A DNA stretch of 57,034 bases from Flavobacteriales bacterium. GTDB taxonomy: Bacteria > Bacteroidota > Bacteroidia > Flavobacteriales_C > GCA-002722245. The notes beneath the pieces are model-generated. The model had not been told where the DNA came from. It made no database searches and saw only the letters and a list, made by a program, of their open reading frames with translations. The position numbers and the translations under genes are program-made. Location of the stretch: the NCBI GenBank assembly GCA_038154685.1, contig JAYPYW010000013.1, positions 1-57,034 of the forward strand, given 5' to 3'. Positions 1 to 9,010 of this stretch are shown here, one piece after another (position 1 is the first letter of the stretch; every line of letters starts with the position of its first letter).

Positions 1-325
1 CTCCCCCTCTTTCCTTATCCATTAAAGTACCTGGAATAAACCCATAACTTCCTGGATAAGATAGAAACTTCACAACGCGAGGTTTTCCATCTCTTATCTC
101 ACACTCAAAACTCTTAGTTTCGTAGTTGTATTCGTATTTATGATTTGTTCCAGCAGGAATCTCAATAACCGCCTGAATGTTCCCTTCAGCATCCTTAAAA
201 GGTGTTTTACCATGATCTGGCAACTCTTCCTTTTGGGCAGATGGATTTAAGGGCTCAACACCAACTCCTTCACCTCCACAGGAAATTAAAGCGAATGCAA
301 TTAACGCAAATAGAAAGGGCTTCAT
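1..325 (-). CDS. ppa: inorganic pyrophosphatase, family I, with a lipoprotein-type signal; the C-terminal part lies outside the window
   Basis: Not in the ORF track because it runs off the window. My translation from the ATG at 323-325 is MKPFLFALIAFALISCGGEG...QAVIEIPAGTNHKYEYNYE...LSYPGSYGFIPGTLMDKERGG. It shows family I PPase motifs (EIPxG..KYE and YPxxYGFIPxT) and an LISC lipobox. The start overlaps the upstream stop as TAATG. Confidence 0.8.
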   Translation of the reverse strand, partial: MKPFLFALIAFALISCGGEGVGVEPLNPSAQKEELPDHGKTPFKDAEGNIQAVIEIPAGTNHKYEYNYETKSFECEIRDGKPRVVKFLSYPGSYGFIPGTLMDKERGG

Positions 326-981
326 TAAACTTTTTCCTTATAGTAAATTTTTATTTCAGCAACATCTTTAAGGAAGTCTACATTTCCAATGCTTACTTTA
401 AATACGTCTAAACCAGTTCTTTGCTTAATATCTTCAATTAATTCTGCCTCTCTCTCAGGCTTAATCATATCAATCTTTTCGTAAACAATTGTTTTACTTC
501 TTTCATGATTATTAAACCAGATTGTCTCAATACCATAAGTAATTGCAACTATTACTATATCAACAAAAAGCACCTCAACATGACTAATCTTTTTGCTTGT
601 TAAAGCGTTGATCATTGCTAAACCAATCACAATAAATAAGTAAGTCATTTCTTTAAATGGGATAGTCTCTGTACGGTATCTAATGATCCCGAAAACAGCA
701 AACAATCCAAACGCAAACCCCATTTGCATATTGGTCTTTCTAAAAAGAACACAAATAAAGAAGGTTATGATATTAAATATGATGAAAGTGAAAAGGTAAT
801 CCTTGTCTCTATTATTTCTGTAAAAAATGAACCTAACAGTTATAAATAAAAAAAGAAAGTTCAAGAAGAACTTAAAAAGCAACTTTCCAAAGTCCCCTCC
901 ATTAAATAACTCCATCCCAAAAATTTTGGAACTTGCTAATACTGCATCAATTGTTTCCATTCCAAATAGTGCCATAATCAT
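325..981 (-). CDS. DUF4956-type multi-pass membrane protein
   Basis: 218-aa ORF with hydrophobic segments. The block LFAVFGIIRYRTETIPFKEMTYLFIVIGLAMINAL resembles DUF4956 as I remember it. It overlaps the VTC gene upstream and the ppa gene downstream. The start is ambiguous (Met codons at 981, 975 and 960). Confidence 0.7.
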   Translation of the reverse strand: MIMALFGMETIDAVLASSKIFGMELFNGGDFGKLLFKFFLNFLFLFITVRFIFYRNNRDKDYLFTFIIFNIITFFICVLFRKTNMQMGFAFGLFAVFGIIRYRTETIPFKEMTYLFIVIGLAMINALTSKKISHVEVLFVDIVIVAITYGIETIWFNNHERSKTIVYEKIDMIKPEREAELIEDIKQRTGLDVFKVSIGNVDFLKDVAEIKIYYKEKV

Positions 982-1747
982 TATGTATTTTGTTTAAATA
1001 GAGCATATTCTTTTTAAACTTGTTGTATTTTAATTTCTCGTTCAACAAAGTAGCTCCCGAAGCATATTTACTAAAGCTTGCTTCTCTAATTCCCAATTCT
1101 TTTAAGGCGATCATCACCTTTGAATTTCGGTTTACTTTCTCTTGCTTAACTTCCGCAATTACCAAATTATTCAAATTTTTCGAATCATCATTCTTTTCAA
1201 AAGAAAGAGAAAAATCAATAGTTAGTCTTTCCTTATCGGTTTTACTAACTAGAGTTATCCTTGAAAATTTATTAGTTAAAATATGGGTCAGGTCTTTAAC
1301 ATCAAAAGGTGTTACCTCATTTAAAAACTCGGTATCTGTTTGATCTATATCATTAATATCAACCCACGATTTAATTCTTGATTTTAATGTTTTTCCCTTG
1401 TTGTTTTTAAACTTTACTTCTAAAAACGATAAGTCAGATCCAACATACTCTCTATACCTAACCTTATATCTATTCTGCTTTCCATTGGAATGTGCAGTAT
1501 ACATAAAGTAATCGTTGGTATCGAAATAGTCGGTTTTGTAGTTAGCATACCTATTACCGTTTATTTCAAGAGATTTATAGTATGGCATAACCATGTTAAG
1601 AATGGTAGTAAGTTCCGAAAACTCGAAAACAAACTTTGTGTCAGTTCGATCCATCAAACTAACCCCATCCATTTCACCTAAAGTTATAGGCTCAAACTCT
1701 GAAAGGACGTTTACAACGTTATTTAACTGTTGCTTTTCCATACTCAT
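947..1747 (-). CDS. VTC-domain (polyphosphate-polymerase-like, CYTH/TTM fold) protein
   Basis: 266 aa. The stretch MDRTDTKFVF...YFDTNDYFMYTAHSNGKQNRYKVRYREY...FLEVKFKNNKGKTLKSR matches the bacterial VTC-domain pattern (RxDxKF, YFDT, R.KVR.R.Y, FLE.K). ATG start at 1745-1747, overlapping the upstream gene by 29 nt. Confidence 0.8.
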   Translation of the reverse strand: MSMEKQQLNNVVNVLSEFEPITLGEMDGVSLMDRTDTKFVFEFSELTTILNMVMPYYKSLEINGNRYANYKTDYFDTNDYFMYTAHSNGKQNRYKVRYREYVGSDLSFLEVKFKNNKGKTLKSRIKSWVDINDIDQTDTEFLNEVTPFDVKDLTHILTNKFSRITLVSKTDKERLTIDFSLSFEKNDDSKNLNNLVIAEVKQEKVNRNSKVMIALKELGIREASFSKYASGATLLNEKLKYNKFKKNMLYLNKIHNDYGTIWNGNN

Positions 1748-3428
1748 TTCCGTAAAGAATTTTCTTTACGTCCTTTTCAAATTTAGTGATTGCTTTACCG
1801 TCTATAGTTAATGAAGATCTTTCTTCAACCAAGAAATCTCTTTTAAATTCAGAGAATTTTACATTTTTCCCTTCAATTTGGGATGGACCAAATTCCTTTT
1901 TCTTTTGGAATGCGCAGAATACAACTTCCGAGTTTTTAATTTCAGAATTAGCAATATCGATGGTTGATTTATCCTTTGCAGTAATTGCTAATGAAGCGCC
2001 ATCCACTAAAATATTATCTACATGCATGGCACTTGCTTCACCTGAACTTAATGCCTTATCTGCAACATTAATAAATTCACAATTCAAAATATTAACGTTA
2101 CTTCCTGAAACATCAATTCCATCATTTCCTAAATTTCTGAAAACTGTGTTTTTAATTGTTCCATCACTAAAATCTGCATCGAAGGCATCAGAGAAGGTAT
2201 TTTCAAAAACACAACTATCTAACACAAATGGGAAAGAGCGGAAAAGGTTCAATCCGTCCTCACAATCATTATTTAAAAATTGAGAGTTAAACACATCAAC
2301 CGGCGACTCATAAAAAGTAACCGCACTTGGTAAATTCCAGTTTTTATAAGCTAAACTCTTTAAGGCGTTAAACTTGCTATTTTTTACTAAAGATTTGCCT
2401 CTAGCGTTAATTACATGAAAACCTCTACCTGTTGAATCCGAACTTTGCAATGAAAATCCATTCAGGGCAACAGGAGAGAACGATAAAATAAAAGCACCCT
2501 CAACCAGATCCAATTCTTTATCAGTAATTGATACTTGAACTCCACTTGGGATAATTACATTCTCGGAAATAACTTTTACATCAGACTTAAGACCAAATGA
2601 TTCTTCATTTTCCTCAAAATACTTTTCGAAATTATCGTTACTAAAACAAGCTGAAGAATCCTTTTGATTTAATAATACTTGAAATTCTTTATCTAATATC
2701 TTAGATGATTCATTTACTGCGCTTGAATAGTAAACAAGTGGTTCAACAAGATTTGAAACAGGGTTTAAATAAAATGCTACGCTCGTTAACTCCTTGTTTA
2801 ACTTAGCTTTCTCCCAAAGACTTATTACTTGTTTAGTTTTAACAACATCAAAGAAACAAGCTGTTGTTAAGCTACCGTTTTTCCATCTTAAATGTCTTTG
2901 CTTAAGGTCCTCAACCGATGCATCCTTAGCCCTTTTAGGTTTAAACAAAATATTAATTCCACCCTCAACCTCTGAAAAAATGATTCCTTCTCTATTTCTA
3001 TTACTTTCGATTAACTGCTTTTCAATTCCTTCCTGAAAAAATAACTCAGCAACAGTATCTGAAAACTGAACTGTTTTAAATCCAGACTCAAAGCCAATTA
3101 AATTAGCTTCCTTAAGACTTTCTTGAAGCTTAATTGAATTTTCCAGAATAGACTTTTGGTTAGAAAGAACACCAAATAGAGAGATCTTCTTTTTTCCTAG
3201 GAACCGTTTCTTCTTTTTAATGGTAAAATTCACTCCACCATCAAAATAATCAACTTCAACTTTAAAATCATCATCCTGAGATTTGATCAGCGGGTTCTTT
3301 TCATCAGAATCCGACCCATAGCTAATGTTAGTAGAGAAGTCAATTAAAACTTCCTTTTCATTTGTTTTCTTCTCACTACACGAAAACAACAAAAGGGATA
3401 AAAAACTAAAAAATAAAGCTATTCTCAT
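1719..3428 (-). CDS. lipoprotein with a C-terminal half that looks like a parallel beta-helix; function unknown
   Basis: 569 aa. Signal plus lipobox MRIALFFSFLSLLLFSC. The C-terminal region has short repeats of the kind NTVFRNLGNDGIDVSGSNVNILNCEFINVADKALS..., typical of right-handed beta-helix proteins. It is the first gene of the overlapping four-gene unit. Confidence 0.6.
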   Translation of the reverse strand: MRIALFFSFLSLLLFSCSEKKTNEKEVLIDFSTNISYGSDSDEKNPLIKSQDDDFKVEVDYFDGGVNFTIKKKKRFLGKKKISLFGVLSNQKSILENSIKLQESLKEANLIGFESGFKTVQFSDTVAELFFQEGIEKQLIESNRNREGIIFSEVEGGINILFKPKRAKDASVEDLKQRHLRWKNGSLTTACFFDVVKTKQVISLWEKAKLNKELTSVAFYLNPVSNLVEPLVYYSSAVNESSKILDKEFQVLLNQKDSSACFSNDNFEKYFEENEESFGLKSDVKVISENVIIPSGVQVSITDKELDLVEGAFILSFSPVALNGFSLQSSDSTGRGFHVINARGKSLVKNSKFNALKSLAYKNWNLPSAVTFYESPVDVFNSQFLNNDCEDGLNLFRSFPFVLDSCVFENTFSDAFDADFSDGTIKNTVFRNLGNDGIDVSGSNVNILNCEFINVADKALSSGEASAMHVDNILVDGASLAITAKDKSTIDIANSEIKNSEVVFCAFQKKKEFGPSQIEGKNVKFSEFKRDFLVEERSSLTIDGKAITKFEKDVKKILYGNEYGKATVK

Positions 3429-3499
3429 AGTTGAACTTTGCGCAAAGGTAAAATTTTAATGCAAATTCAACTATTTGAGGAGGAAATTATCAATTCATA

Positions 3500-3736
3500 T
3501 TATACATATTCACCTCTATGGGGTTTAAGATCATCCCTTAGCTGAATCATGTATTTTTTTGAAGTTAATATGTAAGCAACGTAATAATGCGGGAAAATTT
3601 CCTCACAGTCGGCAGAAGCATCTTCAATACCTTTCGCTGCGATATATGCATTTACATGTTTTACATGATGCTCAGCAACCTCTTTTGCATCTATACTTCG
3701 TAAATCCCAAATTAGTTTAATTCTTTCGTCGCTCAT
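3500..3736 (-). CDS. hypothetical small protein (78 aa)
   Basis: Clean ATG ORF in an otherwise empty interval. I recognise no motif. Confidence 0.55.
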   Translation of the reverse strand: MSDERIKLIWDLRSIDAKEVAEHHVKHVNAYIAAKGIEDASADCEEIFPHYYVAYILTSKKYMIQLRDDLKPHRGEYV

Positions 3737-3818
3737 GGTTTAAAATTAACATTGATTTTGTAGTTGCCAACTAAAGTAAGTCTGCTTTTTTCTATAACTT
3801 GTTTTAAAATTCTTTGGT

Positions 3819-4379
3819 TTGAAGATTTTCTCCTTTCTATTTATAATATTTTATGTGCTAGCCGGCATTTTCCATCCAGAAGGATTCAATCCTTTTACCG
3901 ACTTCTTTTGTAATCTTTTTCAAAATGTTTTTAAAGAATATAAAGGATTTGAAATTAGTGAAATATTAGGAATGGCAGCACTTGCCTCAATCAGTTCTTT
4001 TGTTGGATTATTCTTTTTCAATTACGCCAATTACTCAACCTGGACCGAGCCGAAAAAAGTATATGTTAAAACCTCAGGAATAGTTTCAGCTATTTCAATG
4101 CTATTTATTTTTTCTTCCTTTCATGATGAATTAATAATTATGGCATCAATTATAGGTGCACCTGCAGTTGGAATGGTTTTAATGGATACCTTAAAAAACA
4201 AAAACCGCAAAAAATCCATTTTAGGATTAATTACGGTTGTCCTACTCACCCTTTATAATGTGATATTTTACTTAGGATTTCTAGAGGTTATTTGGCCAAT
4301 TTTTCAAAAAATTTGCATTTTTCTCTGCTTAATGTGGAGTAACCAAATAATTAAAAAAGCTCCGTTAAACTCCCTTTAA
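3819..4379 (+). CDS. hypothetical integral membrane protein
   Basis: 186 aa with about 5 hydrophobic helices. The start is TTG, so the start is uncertain. Confidence 0.5.
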   Translation: MKIFSFLFIIFYVLAGIFHPEGFNPFTDFFCNLFQNVFKEYKGFEISEILGMAALASISSFVGLFFFNYANYSTWTEPKKVYVKTSGIVSAISMLFIFSSFHDELIIMASIIGAPAVGMVLMDTLKNKNRKKSILGLITVVLLTLYNVIFYLGFLEVIWPIFQKICIFLCLMWSNQIIKKAPLNSL

Positions 4380-4908
4380 CAACAATATCATCTCCGTCTT
4401 CTACAAAAAACGTAAAGGTGAAATTCTGCAGAAGACCTGAAGGAGGGTTATCAATCAAATTTGCTCGAAAGTAAAATTCACTACTCCTATAAGTATTCCC
4501 GAAATGCAAATTCATAATTTCTTCGAAATTATCAGCAGACTTGCTTCTCCTGCCATCAAAAAAATTAAAATGTTGCTTAAGTTCTGTACCTGCAGGTTCA
4601 GTTTCCGAAAAAGTTGAATCACTTATAATGCTAATTCCTGTAAATTTAGTTGCCAAGGTATACTGGTCTTCTTCACATGAAAGCGCATATGTTTTACTAG
4701 GTCCTAATTGAGCCAACAAAGATGAGCTAGAGCTTATTTCTCTAACAGGATTAAAAGTAAATGATAATGGTCGATCGTAATGATAAATTTCTTCATTGAC
4801 TGTAAAATCTTTTATTGTCCAAACGTGATTCAAGGGCTCTGGACAACATGCTACTATAGCATTAAACAATACGTATATTCCAACAATTAATTTGAGTTTT
4901 TTCTTCAT
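4351..4908 (-). CDS. hypothetical lipoprotein
   Basis: 185 aa. MKKKLKLIVGIYVLFNAIVAC signal with lipobox; ATG start. Confidence 0.6.
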   Translation of the reverse strand: MKKKLKLIVGIYVLFNAIVACCPEPLNHVWTIKDFTVNEEIYHYDRPLSFTFNPVREISSSSSLLAQLGPSKTYALSCEEDQYTLATKFTGISIISDSTFSETEPAGTELKQHFNFFDGRRSKSADNFEEIMNLHFGNTYRSSEFYFRANLIDNPPSGLLQNFTFTFFVEDGDDIVVKGSLTELF

Positions 4909-4985
4909 GATTATAGGTGTTTAATTAAACTAAAGACGCCCTATAATTTGAAGGGTTGATACCTTATTTAAGGTATTCTAAAATA

Positions 4986-7001
4986 CTAGTTTGGCTCAAA
5001 AACCAGGGTTATCTTGTTAAAGTCGGCAGCAGCGTTAATCACTGTTCTAAACTCCTCATAACGTTCTAATGGCACGCGAATTTCATTATAATACTCATAA
5101 CAAGTCACTTTTACTACATTGCCTTCAACAACGTACTTACTGGTAAACTCCATTGTTTTCTTCCCTTCACTAGAGGATGAATAATCCATGTTTAAGTCTT
5201 CCAAGTTGGTGATTTTATATCCTTCTGGAATAGTAATATTTAATTCTCTTAAATAACCGTGGTTATAAGAGTTTTCAACTGGAAATTTTCTAGCTGTATC
5301 CTGATACATTTCAACCTGTGGTCCTATAACCAATCCCATTTTAAATAGGTATTTGTTACCGGCCTTTTCAATTAAAGAATTTGACTCAACATCACCTTCA
5401 AAAATAAATGGCTTTTTAAGCATGTTGCCTTCCATTTCTTCGTTTGCGGTAGTTATATTGGAAACCTCAGCATCTTCTGCAAAGGATTTAAATCTTTCTT
5501 CTAAAATTTCCTTTTTCTTTTCTTCATTTACCAAAGGCATAATTGGTCTTAAATATGCCGAGCTGTAACCGCTAGCCTCATGTTTAACATGGGCTTTCAC
5601 CTTTTCAAAATCTTCATCAAAAGCAATGTCCATGTACATGTTATCAAAATTCACTGTGTGATCTGTCCCTGGAATTTCCTTTATTTCAGGTAAAGCAGAG
5701 GTAGCATTACCTAACGAAATTGTTTTAATAAACAACCCTTTATTGTAGGCATAAGCTGATGGTATTAAACCATACCTCATGTAATCATTAACCGGTGAAA
5801 TAAACTTATCATACTTTGGGAAGTACAATAAGAATCCATCCAAGAATGCTGGTGTTTCAAAATCTTCATCAAAAGTTTTCTCATACCTATTACAAGTAAT
5901 TACTATTTGATGATCGATGTCTAATTGATTAAACAATTTCGCGTAAATTCTCAGCGCGTTTTGCTGACTATAAACCTTGGATTGAATTGGTTTATAAACG
6001 TAAAATTCACCGGTTCTCTCTTGGTCAAACTCTCTTTTTAAGTAATGCTCAATTGCAATAATCTGCTTTTCCTGATCTTTAATCTTATCCCACTTGTTGG
6101 CTTTAATAAGGCCCTTAATAGCCTTGTTCTCCTTCTTTACTTCTTTTGGATACTTTCCAGAGTATATATTTGTGTAATTCCTTGTTGCGGCTTTATTGTA
6201 ATCATTAAGATTTCTTAAAGCCATGTGCTCAATTTCAAAAATCTTAACCTCTGCCCTTTGTTTTAATGCATCCTCCAAAGAATAATCTTCCTTCTTAAAT
6301 TTTTCTACTTGATCTAATTTTAAAACATACCTATTTGCTTCTTCAACATCGCTTGTGTCCTGAATAAAACTTGGTAAACCATTGTAGCTTTTCATTTTAA
6401 AATTATATCCTAATGGAGAGTTAATTTCATAGTGAAAGTTTCTTTTTGGGAAATTCGATTGCACATCTACCGAGAAATATTCGGCTCTAAATGGCTCTTT
6501 AGTTTTGTAGGTATATTCTATTTCACTACCCACCTCAATACCTTCTAATGCGAATATGGTGAACGGACCGTAATTCTCGTAATTCTCGATTTCCTTCTTA
6601 TTACTTTCATCAAACTCAATCACTTTTCCTTCCTTAGTGATTGCACGAGCTTTAAGGTCCCAAACTGTTTTATCGTTTAACATAGAAATGTAAACCTTAT
6701 TGAAAATTTCAACAGCCTTATCGTTGTTTAATCGAATCCTTTTGTAATATAAATTCTCTTCTAAAAAAGCGTTATCTACCCAATTACCAGAGGAGTTATT
6801 GAGGTAAGATCCAAAATCATAGGTAGTAACATTTATATCCGCTAAATAAACCGCATTACTCTTCTTTTCTTCCTCTGTTAAAGTAGTTAAAGATGGATTT
6901 TCTTGCCAGAAATTTTCATCAAAACTAGGAACGTCGCCTTCTTCCTGAGCAAAAGAACCAAATGCAGTAAAACAGGTTAATAACAATATTTTAAATCTCA
7001 T
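4986..7001 (-). CDS. DUF3857/DUF3858-like secreted protein, paralogue of the neighbouring transglutaminase-like protein but apparently without its catalytic Cys
   Basis: The track ORF is 4986..7007 with a GTG start. I prefer the ATG at 6999-7001, which gives MRFKILLLTCFTAFGSFAQ. Length and layout are similar to the 645-aa neighbour. The region that aligns by eye with GDCKD reads SQQNA. Confidence 0.65.
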   Translation of the reverse strand: MRFKILLLTCFTAFGSFAQEEGDVPSFDENFWQENPSLTTLTEEEKKSNAVYLADINVTTYDFGSYLNNSSGNWVDNAFLEENLYYKRIRLNNDKAVEIFNKVYISMLNDKTVWDLKARAITKEGKVIEFDESNKKEIENYENYGPFTIFALEGIEVGSEIEYTYKTKEPFRAEYFSVDVQSNFPKRNFHYEINSPLGYNFKMKSYNGLPSFIQDTSDVEEANRYVLKLDQVEKFKKEDYSLEDALKQRAEVKIFEIEHMALRNLNDYNKAATRNYTNIYSGKYPKEVKKENKAIKGLIKANKWDKIKDQEKQIIAIEHYLKREFDQERTGEFYVYKPIQSKVYSQQNALRIYAKLFNQLDIDHQIVITCNRYEKTFDEDFETPAFLDGFLLYFPKYDKFISPVNDYMRYGLIPSAYAYNKGLFIKTISLGNATSALPEIKEIPGTDHTVNFDNMYMDIAFDEDFEKVKAHVKHEASGYSSAYLRPIMPLVNEEKKKEILEERFKSFAEDAEVSNITTANEEMEGNMLKKPFIFEGDVESNSLIEKAGNKYLFKMGLVIGPQVEMYQDTARKFPVENSYNHGYLRELNITIPEGYKITNLEDLNMDYSSSSEGKKTMEFTSKYVVEGNVVKVTCYEYYNEIRVPLERYEEFRTVINAAADFNKITLVFEPN

Positions 7002-7027
7002 ATACACACAATTAATTTTAAAAGAGA

Positions 7028-8965
7028 TTACTTCTCTTTAATAATCACCACCTCTTTATAAGCTTTTTTAAGTTGCTTTATCATTTTATTCCAGTCTTCA
7101 AACTGACCTTCTTCAATGAATAGCGTATCAACATAAATATTCTTCTGTAAGGTAATCTTATTTCCCTTGTTTAAATACTTAATACTAAAACCAAATCCTT
7201 TGTGTTTGGCCTCGGCGTTTTCGGGAACGTAAGAAACGGAAGATCCACTTGGAATTTCAAATTCAACCGTGTAATTCATATCCATTTTATGATCAAACTT
7301 CCTTGCAACACCATCTCTTTCTTCAATATCCAATTTACTATTTTTAAAATCTCTATCGAGATTTAAATTAACGTATGTTTCATCGTCGGAAGAATTGATA
7401 TAACTATCTAAGTTGAATTTATAATCGATAGTTAAAGGAGTATCTCTATTCTCCAAACCAGAAAAAGAAGCTTCATCAACACGGAATTTATTACTTCCTT
7501 TTTCTAAATAAGACTCGATATAATTTCTCTGCTCCTCATTATTGGACATGTTTCCAAGCTTATATACATACCCATACTTCTGGTAACCATGCGCCTCAAT
7601 TTTCCCTGTTCCTTCCAACTTTCCTTTGTTTAATCTCATTGAGATAAAATCGTTTTCTTGGTTCATTTCTTTACTAACCACCGGAATTCTGAAAACCTCG
7701 TATTTTCCTTTCCCTTTAGCAATTAAAGCCTGTTTTCCTTGAATAAATCCTGTTGGATAACCGTATGGAGTATATGTTCCAACAGCATCCAAAATAACTA
7801 CTTCATTCTTTTCATTTCTGTAAGATGCAATCATATGATTATCAACAACGGGCGTGGCAATTTCTGTGTAATCGTATGGAAGCTCATCACTTCCTACCCA
7901 TGTAATATTTGCCTCCTCTCCAGCATATCTCATCATATCAGTAATAATGCTAGCCATATCCTTGCAATCTCCATATCTCTTTCTACAAACACTTGCAGCC
8001 GGACGTGGGATAAATCCACCCATTCCATCTTCAAAAGCAACATATTTGATGTTATCTTGAACCCAATTAAAAATTATCCTCGCTTTTTCATCTTTACTAG
8101 TTACCCCAGCTGTAATTTCTTGAGTTATTGCTTTTAAAGTAGAATCCTCATCAACATTAACTTCTTTTACTAAAGAGTAATACCAATTGTATAAACCATC
8201 TAAATTTGGTAATACTTGAATTGTTGTGTCTTGTAATTCAATCTTACCAATGTAGGCAATAACATGAGGTGTGTAATATCTTAAATTAGGGGCATTTGAA
8301 TGCCTTTTATAAGCATCCTGATTTTCCGTTTTCCAAGTTAAAGTTGTGATACCTCCTTTTTCAGTTTTTGTATGCTTGTAATCTAGACCTTCGGCATTAA
8401 AAACCTTAAATAAAACCTCAACATTAGATGGATATGAAACGCTGTACTCAGATTTTAAAGTAGGCAAGTAGCTTGTTAAAAAAGCTGATCCCATGAACTT
8501 AGGGTTCTTTATTACTTCTCGGTAAGACAAACTTGTTTTCGTTCCAGCCTCGGTTCCCGTAAAATCGAAAGCAATTTGCTTATTATCATGAAAGAAATAA
8601 CTTCCGTTATAAACATCTTCGGTTTTAAACTTGGTTACTTTCTCCTTTTTCAGTTTCGTTGGATCTCCGTTTTTTGGAAGGTATGTGTAGGCCTTTATAT
8701 CCCGAATCTCTGAAAAATCGGAAAACTGAATTGTTTGATCATTATACGCTTTACCTCTATCCGATAAATAAAGCATCTCCCAACTTACATCATTGTAAAT
8801 TTCAAACTCGTTCCCTTTTGTAGTGATGAATACATGCTCTTTTTCAGAAAGAAAAATTGCCTGATCATCTTTATATTTTTGCTTTAATTGCTCAAAATCG
8901 TATTCCTCTCCTGCAAAAAGAGTGGTTCCTAAAAGAGCTAATACAGCAGTAAAATTAAATTTCAT
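7028..8965 (-). CDS. DUF3857 plus transglutaminase-like cysteine protease fold protein, secreted
   Basis: 645 aa with a signal peptide. The core reads RYGDCKDMASIITDMMRYAG (Cys), VDNHMIASY (His) and VVILDAVG (Asp). Confidence 0.8.
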   Translation of the reverse strand: MKFNFTAVLALLGTTLFAGEEYDFEQLKQKYKDDQAIFLSEKEHVFITTKGNEFEIYNDVSWEMLYLSDRGKAYNDQTIQFSDFSEIRDIKAYTYLPKNGDPTKLKKEKVTKFKTEDVYNGSYFFHDNKQIAFDFTGTEAGTKTSLSYREVIKNPKFMGSAFLTSYLPTLKSEYSVSYPSNVEVLFKVFNAEGLDYKHTKTEKGGITTLTWKTENQDAYKRHSNAPNLRYYTPHVIAYIGKIELQDTTIQVLPNLDGLYNWYYSLVKEVNVDEDSTLKAITQEITAGVTSKDEKARIIFNWVQDNIKYVAFEDGMGGFIPRPAASVCRKRYGDCKDMASIITDMMRYAGEEANITWVGSDELPYDYTEIATPVVDNHMIASYRNEKNEVVILDAVGTYTPYGYPTGFIQGKQALIAKGKGKYEVFRIPVVSKEMNQENDFISMRLNKGKLEGTGKIEAHGYQKYGYVYKLGNMSNNEEQRNYIESYLEKGSNKFRVDEASFSGLENRDTPLTIDYKFNLDSYINSSDDETYVNLNLDRDFKNSKLDIEERDGVARKFDHKMDMNYTVEFEIPSGSSVSYVPENAEAKHKGFGFSIKYLNKGNKITLQKNIYVDTLFIEEGQFEDWNKMIKQLKKAYKEVVIIKEK

Positions 8966-9010
8966 ATCAACACAACACTATTTCTTAATAACTAGAAATA
9001 TATTTTAAAA

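Noticed and set aside
202-2283. Plus-strand ORFs 202..411, 1020..1343, 1490..1681, 1593..1811 and 1786..2283.
   Set aside because: They are antisense to well-supported genes (ppa, DUF4956, VTC, beta-helix lipoprotein). Their translations are Phe/Leu/Ser/Ile-rich, as expected from reading AT-rich genes backwards.
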